From: an uncultured virus (IMG/VR IMGVR_UViG_3300042861_002315)
Taxonomy: Duplodnaviria; Heunggongvirae; Uroviricota; Caudoviricetes
Direction: 5' to 3' (one strand)
Length of the DNA: 64,000 nt
Virus record (IMG/VR): IMGVR_UViG_3300042861_002315
Part shown: in pieces, positions 57,441-64,000 of the stretch
How the letters are laid out: the number at the start of each line of letters is the position of its first letter
Numbering within the stretch: position 1 is the first letter of the stretch
The notes under the pieces: model-generated
What the model saw: only the letters and a program-made list of their open reading frames with translations
What the model was told of the DNA's origin: nothing
Databases searched by the model: none
Translations under genes and position numbers: made by a program

Positions 57441-58403
57441 ATGGCACGTATCAAACGAGTTTTCCAGAACGCTAGAGAAACAATTCACGTTTTCGCTCAA
57501 CAGTCTCAAGATGAGGGTAGAAGCAGCAATGTATCTTTCAAACCCTCTAGCACCTCATTAGAGATTGGTGATGCACTTTACAGCTATAACACTTGCATCG
57601 CTGCATTTCGTGAAACTCCTAACGGTGCGAAAGTATTGTTTCTTGACTACTACTCTCATTCATCTTGCACTTCCAAGCATCAAAGCGCGGTACATTACAG
57701 CGTTACGCAACCGATTTACAGCTATGACTATATTCCTCACTGGGTTAGGGACGATGTGAACTACCTTAGCGGTAGACGTGGTTCTAGACGTGACAATTCC
57801 CCTCATACTGTCAAACCTGAATCTATTTGGCAACAATACAAAGAAATTTTTGATGCTCTTGTTGCTACAGTTAGACAAAAGCGCTTTGCTCGGACTGCTT
57901 GCGAACGTCTGAATATGGCTAGAGAGTATGAAGCTAAAGCCAATAGAATCAAGCGTTCTTTCAATCTCGACAGTCTTCCAGATATTGAGCTTGTCATCAC
58001 CCCGCAAATGCAAGAGTATGTAGAACTTGCAGAACAGAAGAAAGTAGAAAAAGAAAAGCGTGAGAAGGAAAAGATTCAGCGTGACATTGAACGTACTGCA
58101 ATTGACCGTGAGAAGTGGCTTACAGGACATTGTAATTACTTTCCTCATGCGTATCAATTCCCTATCGTGCTACGCTTATCTCCTAGCGATTCTAGCCGTG
58201 TTGAAACCTCTAGAGGTGCATTTGTACCCGTCAAGGTGTGTGAGCGTCTCTATCGTGCATTCCAAGCGAAGCTAATGCCTGAAGATGTGCGTGTAGGAAA
58301 CTACACTCTCAACAGTGTCAGTGAGCAAGGTATTACAATCGGTTGTCATCAAATCAGCGCTGATGAACTTGAGCGCTTTGCTAAGGTAATCGGTATCGCG
58401 TAA
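57441..58403 (+). CDS. Early hypothetical protein (320 aa)
   Basis: AGGA RBS; long ORF. Confidence 0.8.
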   Translation: MARIKRVFQNARETIHVFAQQSQDEGRSSNVSFKPSSTSLEIGDALYSYNTCIAAFRETPNGAKVLFLDYYSHSSCTSKHQSAVHYSVTQPIYSYDYIPHWVRDDVNYLSGRRGSRRDNSPHTVKPESIWQQYKEIFDALVATVRQKRFARTACERLNMAREYEAKANRIKRSFNLDSLPDIELVITPQMQEYVELAEQKKVEKEKREKEKIQRDIERTAIDREKWLTGHCNYFPHAYQFPIVLRLSPSDSSRVETSRGAFVPVKVCERLYRAFQAKLMPEDVRVGNYTLNSVSEQGITIGCHQISADELERFAKVIGIA

Positions 58404-58480
58404 CTTTCTTTTCTGACTATGCCTTGTAGTGTCTTGCAAGGCTTGCTAGCCCTAATATAACTATGGATGGATGAATGGTA

Positions 58481-58754
58481 ATGTCTATAACAACTCGTCT
58501 TTGGAATGATGCAGACTTAGAACGCCTTGCAACTGATGATAACCTCTTGACCGTAAATCTGCGACAAAGTAGTTATCGAACTATACGCTAAAGAGATTGC
58601 TAGACCTATTATTGATGTCTTACTACAAGTCAACATGAAAAAAGACAGCTTTGAGCTATTTAAAGAGCTTTTCAACAAAGACTACATCGTGAGAGAGGCT
58701 ATCTACTTCTTTAAAAATCAAACACTAGATTTTGAGGCTAAAATTCATGATTGA
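58481..58754 (+). pseudogene. Frameshifted small gene (or sequencing error)
   Basis: MSITTRLWNDADLERLATDDNLLTV continues in the +1 frame as ICDKVVIELYAKEIARP...KIHD*. Confidence 0.45.
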
Positions 58755-58941
58755 AGCTGCTATCTTTGGATTTGTATCTGGTTGTCTGGTATCTGGTTTG
58801 TGCTGCTTTAGAATAGGCTACCAACAACGTATTTGGGATACACTAGAAATTACAGCCGCTAAAAATGCCAAGATTGAAGCTTATGAGTCCATACTTGGCA
58901 CAATGAAACTTAAAAAAGAGATTGGACATACCCACGAATAA
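58747..58941 (+). CDS. Small membrane-anchored hypothetical protein
   Basis: Likely start MIEAAIFGFVSGCLVSG. Confidence 0.55.
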   Translation: MIEAAIFGFVSGCLVSGLCCFRIGYQQRIWDTLEITAAKNAKIEAYESILGTMKLKKEIGHTHE

Positions 58942-58980
58942 TCTATTCTTTTTGACTACACAAAAAACTAGCTAACGCAG

Positions 58981-59033
58981 TTGACTTTTCCTATCTGTCT
59001 GGTATAAGCTACTGGACAGATAAGAGTAATCAA
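58981..59033 (+). promoter_or_regulatory. Conserved intergenic hairpin copy 5
   Basis: TTCC-TATCTGTCTGGTA/TACTGGACAGATA-AGAG. Confidence 0.7.
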
Positions 59034-59284
59034 TGTTCACCATTACTCTATCACAAAACAAAATGACAGATACATTATTTTCAAGACGCACATCAAACCG
59101 TAACAACACTGAAATGCTACCACTACCAACATTTGCCGCACCTACTCAAATCAGCTATTCTCTTGTCAACAACAATGCAGACTGGGAAAATTTACGCTTA
59201 AAGCTTATTGAACTAAGCACAGCATCTATTCCTTTCACTCTCGAAAAAGAGGATGGTATAAAGCGTATTCGATTGACCTACTAA
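59033..59284 (+). CDS. Early hypothetical protein (start uncertain)
   Basis: ORF track; true start may be a downstream Met. Confidence 0.5.
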   Translation: MFTITLSQNKMTDTLFSRRTSNRNNTEMLPLPTFAAPTQISYSLVNNNADWENLRLKLIELSTASIPFTLEKEDGIKRIRLTY

Positions 59285-59352
59285 CATCCCTAAAGAGAGG
59301 GGCTACCCTTAATTCCCCTCCCTTTTCTGCCCAACTGTTTTGGAGAAAAATT

Positions 59353-59895
59353 ATGACTACTTATGACACTTCAGTTAAATTTGCCAAGCTCGGTTTTGAT
59401 GATTATGTACAATTTGAAAATCGCAAAGTTCAGCTAACTCACTACGACACTGACCACAAAACCCCTCTTTTTCTGCAATTCGTAGGTGATATCGCGCAAC
59501 CTGCTTACTGTATCGGTTTTAAGAATGCTATCGACTGGCTGAAAACTGGTGTTCTCGAAAACCCTAAAATCAAGGTCAAGACCAGCAAAGCCAAACTTGA
59601 CGGTAAGCACTTGATTGTAAAGACTTGGAAAGCTGCTAATGATGGCACAGTCTTCTCTCTGAACTATGACGGTAAAGATTTGGAAGTATGGGAGTTTGAG
59701 AAAGTAATATTTCCTGACCTCTCAGACTTATCACGAAGCAGCCTTAATCTGTTTTCTCCTTGGTTCTTAAATGTCTTCACGCCGTCAAAGAATAAATTCC
59801 GCTCTACTTTCAATGTAGAACACTGGAATGTCGCAAAACACATTGTAGAACGTATCGCAATCGTGCGTGAGGTATTGAAAAATGAATCTCGCTAA
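59353..59895 (+). CDS. Early hypothetical protein (180 aa)
   Basis: GGAG RBS plus ATG. Confidence 0.75.
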   Translation: MTTYDTSVKFAKLGFDDYVQFENRKVQLTHYDTDHKTPLFLQFVGDIAQPAYCIGFKNAIDWLKTGVLENPKIKVKTSKAKLDGKHLIVKTWKAANDGTVFSLNYDGKDLEVWEFEKVIFPDLSDLSRSSLNLFSPWFLNVFTPSKNKFRSTFNVEHWNVAKHIVERIAIVREVLKNESR

Positions 59896-60082
59896 ACTCA
59901 CCCATAGCTACCACATCTCATTGGCAGAAAAACAAGCTACCAAGACACGCAATCAAGCCAACCTCACTCGTATAGCTTCAGCACTTCAACAACACTCTAA
60001 TCGTCAAATCTTGCAATCTATAGGAGAATATTTAAATGTCTGCCAAAAAACAAACTTGGGTGAAACGTCACCATACTTGTAA
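59882..60082 (+). CDS. Hypothetical protein (66 aa)
   Basis: GAGG RBS; overlaps neighbours. Confidence 0.45.
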   Translation: MNLAKLTHSYHISLAEKQATKTRNQANLTRIASALQQHSNRQILQSIGEYLNVCQKTNLGETSPYL

Positions 60083-60263
60083 AGGACACAGCACCACAGA
60101 TATTATCAGATATTCTAATCCTGACAAGCTTCTAACCCAACTGTTCGACGGTGATGTACCTGACGGCTTTGTTGTCTCACTAAACACGCCAGAACGCATT
60201 GAACTTACTTTTAATGGTCAGCCAACTTTTTATTTTGAACCTATAGGGAGAATTAGACGATGA
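60036..60263 (+). CDS. Hypothetical protein (75 aa)
   Basis: AGGAG RBS. Confidence 0.6.
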   Translation: MSAKKQTWVKRHHTCKGHSTTDIIRYSNPDKLLTQLFDGDVPDGFVVSLNTPERIELTFNGQPTFYFEPIGRIRR

Positions 60264-60622
60264 AAGCAATTCAAGTTTCCTACTCTAATACCACTGGCAA
60301 GTATCGCGCCAAAGCTGAGGGTGTTCCTGCTATCATCCGCAGCAAAGAAGAAAACGGTGGTTATACTGCATCTAAAATCGCCCACGAATTAGCCAATAAA
60401 TACAATTGGCTGCAATTTAACGGTGAGACTAAATACCGTCTTGTGGAAGGTTTTTTACCTAATGGTAATGATGTATTCGTGTTTGTTAAAGATGTTCAAC
60501 CACTCCTAGATGAAGTTGAGTACATTCTTTCAATTGACTACGACTCTCAGAATCGTAACTTGGAACTTTGCAAAGATACCGTTGACACACTTCGAGAGGT
60601 TTATAAAAAATATGCAAACTAA
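60260..60622 (+). CDS. Hypothetical protein (120 aa)
   Basis: ATGA overlap. Confidence 0.7.
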   Translation: MKAIQVSYSNTTGKYRAKAEGVPAIIRSKEENGGYTASKIAHELANKYNWLQFNGETKYRLVEGFLPNGNDVFVFVKDVQPLLDEVEYILSIDYDSQNRNLELCKDTVDTLREVYKKYAN

Positions 60623-61202
60623 AAATCTTTCTCGCGAACAACTACTCACTTCTTTTCTGCACAGAGCTTGCGACCTCTCTTCTAGTGGTTTACAAATCGA
60701 CTCTGAAGGCTATCTCTACGCCTCTGGTGAAATGATAGCCGCTTGGCGAGGTTATGGTCTTGGTGGTACATTATTCATTGATTGCGGCTCATCTAAGGTG
60801 TGCAACCGTAGGGCAGCTAACGACCTCAAAGAGTTGGCAGAAAAAGAAGGAGTAGCTTATTTGTGTTACAACACACACTCGTACATTATCTCTCCTGAAT
60901 TTCAGTTCGCTGAACGTCTAGTCTCCTATGCAATCTGGGCTACTCCTAAAGTAGTGAATCCTGAAAATATCTTTGCTCAAAGCAAAAAACTGCTTGACAA
61001 GGCTATAGAAAAAGATATAAGCTTTGAAAGTATTCAATCATTACTTGATTCAACTCAACACATTGCAACGTTATTTGGTTTCACGTTCGATAAAACGTCT
61101 TACGACGTTAAGAGACAACAACACATCGAAACAGCAAGCGCAGTAAAAGCGGAGCGCATTGCATACCACAAAAAAGAGCTAGAGAGGTTACTTGCATCAT
61201 GA
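60612..61202 (+). CDS. Hypothetical protein (~196 aa)
   Basis: Likely start MQTKNL at 60612. Confidence 0.65.
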   Translation: MQTKNLSREQLLTSFLHRACDLSSSGLQIDSEGYLYASGEMIAAWRGYGLGGTLFIDCGSSKVCNRRAANDLKELAEKEGVAYLCYNTHSYIISPEFQFAERLVSYAIWATPKVVNPENIFAQSKKLLDKAIEKDISFESIQSLLDSTQHIATLFGFTFDKTSYDVKRQQHIETASAVKAERIAYHKKELERLLAS

Positions 61203-61471
61203 AATTAATTCAAATTGGAAAAGAAACCTTCATTCCTTCCGACGCTAAAATTGTAAAGGTCAAGTTAGACCCAGACCATCCTAAAGGAGTTGGTACTCTC
61301 ACTATTGTGTATGATGTTCCTCATAACATTCGCGAACAACATGAAGTACTTCATTTGACTGACCCTGAAGATAAGGCAATGGCACTTCGGGTTTTTAGAA
61401 AAATGGCTGCTCAGGTTGTCAACACTACGCCCGAAATTGATTTTTGGGTAAACGTAGTCAATCGTAAATAG
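61199..61471 (+). CDS. Hypothetical protein (90 aa)
   Basis: ATGA overlap. Confidence 0.65.
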   Translation: MKLIQIGKETFIPSDAKIVKVKLDPDHPKGVGTLTIVYDVPHNIREQHEVLHLTDPEDKAMALRVFRKMAAQVVNTTPEIDFWVNVVNRK

Positions 61472-61554
61472 ATTCTCTCTCGCTAGGCAATCTTGTACTA
61501 CCTAGCCAAAGTATTACCCCAACTCACAAGTTAATTACTTTTCAGGAGATTACA

Positions 61555-62115
61555 ATGACTCTCGCCATGATTAAAAACATTCAAGACTTCGCCGCACATT
61601 TTAGTGCAAATTCACCTATAGAGCTTGAGCGTAGGCTTTCTTCTTTGGATAGCTATGTTTCTTCAGCTACATTCACAACTGCCTCTGGCGAAAAGATTCA
61701 AACTGACTTTGATTTTCTTTGTCGAGAGGATTTTCCTCAAGGAGTTGTTTCAGTGGTTTTCAATGCAACTAAAGAAGGTAGCGACTATGAGCCAAGCATG
61801 ACTCCTCTAGTATTCCCCTTTGAAGATTTCGAGATTCAAGAGGCGATTACTTATCTCGATGGTGAACTTTACGGTAGCCAGTCTGACAGCCAGCACCAAC
61901 CCGATAAACTTATTGAAACAATTGCAGACGCTCAGGAATTTGTTGCCTCTAAATACCAACAACATTCCACTGATACTGTTTTCAAGCCTTACACTAAAAA
62001 ATCTAAGCTAAATGCTGTTAGTTTTGAAGACTCTGAAGGGTTTGAGACAATTGTTGAGATTCCTTGTACACCTAACTCTCTAGAACTTGCTTTGCTACTA
62101 GCTTGGGGCGAATGA
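61555..62115 (+). CDS. Hypothetical acidic protein (186 aa)
   Basis: AGGAG RBS. Confidence 0.75.
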   Translation: MTLAMIKNIQDFAAHFSANSPIELERRLSSLDSYVSSATFTTASGEKIQTDFDFLCREDFPQGVVSVVFNATKEGSDYEPSMTPLVFPFEDFEIQEAITYLDGELYGSQSDSQHQPDKLIETIADAQEFVASKYQQHSTDTVFKPYTKKSKLNAVSFEDSEGFETIVEIPCTPNSLELALLLAWGE

Positions 62116-62270
62116 TGACAATCCAACTGACTATTTCAGGTAAAGACCTTAATCAGACATTCCGCAAAGCTCTAGCGACTGTAACCTACTTTAACGTGCT
62201 TACTAAAGTAGGTTACAAGATTTTATTACAAGCTCCTGACGGAGAACTCAAGGAGGCAATCTTAAAATGA
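62112..62270 (+). CDS. Small hypothetical protein (52 aa, MMTIQLTISGKDLNQTFRKAL...)
   Basis: Manual translation; ATGA overlaps at both ends. Confidence 0.55.
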   Translation: MMTIQLTISGKDLNQTFRKALATVTYFNVLTKVGYKILLQAPDGELKEAILK

Positions 62271-62758
62271 CCACCACTACATCACTACACCATCGCCAGA
62301 CCGCACCTAAACGTTTCCGCGACCCCTATATCATCGCGCAACAGCTCTCACTGCTCACCCACGCACAGAAAGAACTCATTATTTCTAATCATGCCAGAAA
62401 CAAATGGAAAAGTTACCCTTGGCATTGTACTGGCTACTATGTTACCAAAGGTAGAGGCTCATTCAGCATCTCTTGTAACGATTATGCTGGCATCAAAGAC
62501 TACACCCTCTTTTCTGCCATATTAGCGTCAGCGTCTCATGAGAACATCTTTGAGATTGTTTTGAATGCAGACTACGAGGTGGTAAAGTTAGCCCTTCGGA
62601 TAGATTTACCAACTAGTTCTGAGACTGATATCATACTGGTATTAGCTGGTGAACTGGAGCCTGAGCGACTCGAATACCAAGATGTGAGATTGGTCACTTG
62701 GTACTTAAACGACAAAAATGATAACCACAAAACATTGCGGAAAGAGAGATACAGCTAA
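62267..62758 (+). CDS. Hypothetical protein (163 aa)
   Basis: AGGAGG RBS; C-terminal LVTWYLNDKNDNHKTL. Confidence 0.7.
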   Translation: MTTTTSLHHRQTAPKRFRDPYIIAQQLSLLTHAQKELIISNHARNKWKSYPWHCTGYYVTKGRGSFSISCNDYAGIKDYTLFSAILASASHENIFEIVLNADYEVVKLALRIDLPTSSETDIILVLAGELEPERLEYQDVRLVTWYLNDKNDNHKTLRKERYS

Positions 62759-62946
62759 TCATGACATCTAACTCACTAGCCAGACCTCCTCCGCCTTACG
62801 ACCGATGACTCCAACTATACTCCTTTCTCTCTAACAATTTCTACTTGGTGCAACTAATGTTTTTTCCTTGGACTGGTTTCTGTTTGACTGTTTGGGCTAT
62901 CTCTGTAACTATCGCACTCATCACCCCCCCAAATGAAGATAAGTAA

Positions 62947-64000
62947 ATGACAACTGCCACTATCGACAATACACCTAAGTCACTTCACGTCAGCACTACT
63001 GGTGCGTTCGGACAACTCGAAACATCTAAAGTAGTCCCCAAGATTACTCCTGACGACATCATCGAGCAAGCCCAGTTGGAAACATGGCAAGCTTTTATGT
63101 ATCCCAACATGAATGAAGACAATTTACCTGTAGACGAGCGTAAGTCTAATTACATTCGTCAAGAGTTCCTTAAGGAAGAGTCTATCAGTAAACCTCCTTT
63201 TGCTCTTGAGCAAGAAGACATTGACCATCATGGTCGCAATTTTGCCTTGAAGGTTCCTTCCTCTTACCGTATCATCCAGTATCAACAGGGATTGCGCTGG
63301 TTAGAGAACTACACTGATGAAGGCTTGATTGAGATTCAAGATTGGCTTTTGCTTGATTCTGGAGCTATTCTTGCAGTTAATAACCTCATTCCCGATGAAG
63401 TACTAACGATTCAAGGCGAAGCCGATAAAATCACTCCATACATGATTTTCTGCTTGTCTCACGATGGGACTACACCTCGCGCAGTCTTCTTCTCTTCGTT
63501 CCGAGCTATCTGCAAGAACACTCTACTGATGGCGTTAGCGTCAGCCAAGGGTACTGAGAAATTTTTCGGCTTTGACCCCAAAAAGGGTAGTCACAAGTCG
63601 CCACAAGAGCTAATGGCGATGGCTAAGAAGAATATTGACTTGGCTAAAACTAAGTTCCATGACGAAACTGCACCTCACCTCGAAGCCTTGCGTGATTTGC
63701 AACTCGATGAACGTGTGGTCGATAACCTTACTCGCGACCTCTTTTCTATTCGCCGCACACAAGAAATTCCGACTTTTCTTGATGAAGACGAGACTTATCC
63801 TGCCTCAATCAAAAATTACCACAAGTTCAGGGACATTTATCAAAGCTTGGCAGATATAGATATCTTTGACTCTAATCAGCACACTGGATATCGTTATGCT
63901 AATGCGGCTACGGCTTTCGTCAAGACTGTAGGCAAAGACGGAGGATTTGACCCTACTTCAGGCTTTAAGGGTAACATGTTTAACAAGGTTCGCAGGAATG
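62947..64000 (+). CDS. DUF932-family protein (3' end beyond window)
   Basis: Manual translation: MTTATIDN...SYRIIQY...YMIFCLSHDGT...RAICKNTL, matching the DUF932 SHDG / R..C.NTL motifs. Confidence 0.8.
   Translation, partial: MTTATIDNTPKSLHVSTTGAFGQLETSKVVPKITPDDIIEQAQLETWQAFMYPNMNEDNLPVDERKSNYIRQEFLKEESISKPPFALEQEDIDHHGRNFALKVPSSYRIIQYQQGLRWLENYTDEGLIEIQDWLLLDSGAILAVNNLIPDEVLTIQGEADKITPYMIFCLSHDGTTPRAVFFSSFRAICKNTLLMALASAKGTEKFFGFDPKKGSHKSPQELMAMAKKNIDLAKTKFHDETAPHLEALRDLQLDERVVDNLTRDLFSIRRTQEIPTFLDEDETYPASIKNYHKFRDIYQSLADIDIFDSNQHTGYRYANAATAFVKTVGKDGGFDPTSGFKGNMFNKVRRN

Noticed and set aside
54048..59033. Repeated hairpins as a CRISPR array
   Set aside because: Copies are separated by whole genes (0.6-1.6 kb), differ in sequence, and no cas genes are visible

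Overview
The window is a 64-kb segment of a large tailed dsDNA phage. A non-contractile (siphovirus-like) tail is inferred from a 1923-aa tape measure protein, a G/GT-type chaperone pair and no recognisable sheath. The host is probably a cyanobacterium (inferred from the endolysin N-terminus and a cyanobacterial rrn-type boxA). Positions 1-52.9 kb are a mostly minus-strand virion module: two LamG-type fibre clusters, tail genes, tape measure, head-tail joining proteins, major capsid, decoration protein, scaffold, Mu-I-like prohead protease, gpF-like minor head protein, GH19 endolysin and TerL, with a TerS-like gene on the opposite strand. No portal gene could be recognised. After a 1.7-kb largely non-coding strand switch, a plus-strand early region of small genes runs to a truncated DUF932 gene. 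Three things stand out. (1) An A-x-F motif recurs in the protease, the scaffold and at least eight unannotated proteins; several of these look like polyproteins of glycine-zipper modules (one with a kinase-like domain), suggesting a capsid-targeted, protease-processed cargo system. (2) The early control region resembles an rRNA operon: tandem sigma70 promoters and a boxA, then a ~470-nt highly base-paired candidate ncRNA. (3) A covarying long hairpin is repeated between early genes and resembles RNase III sites. All assignments come from reading the sequence by eye; no searches were run.
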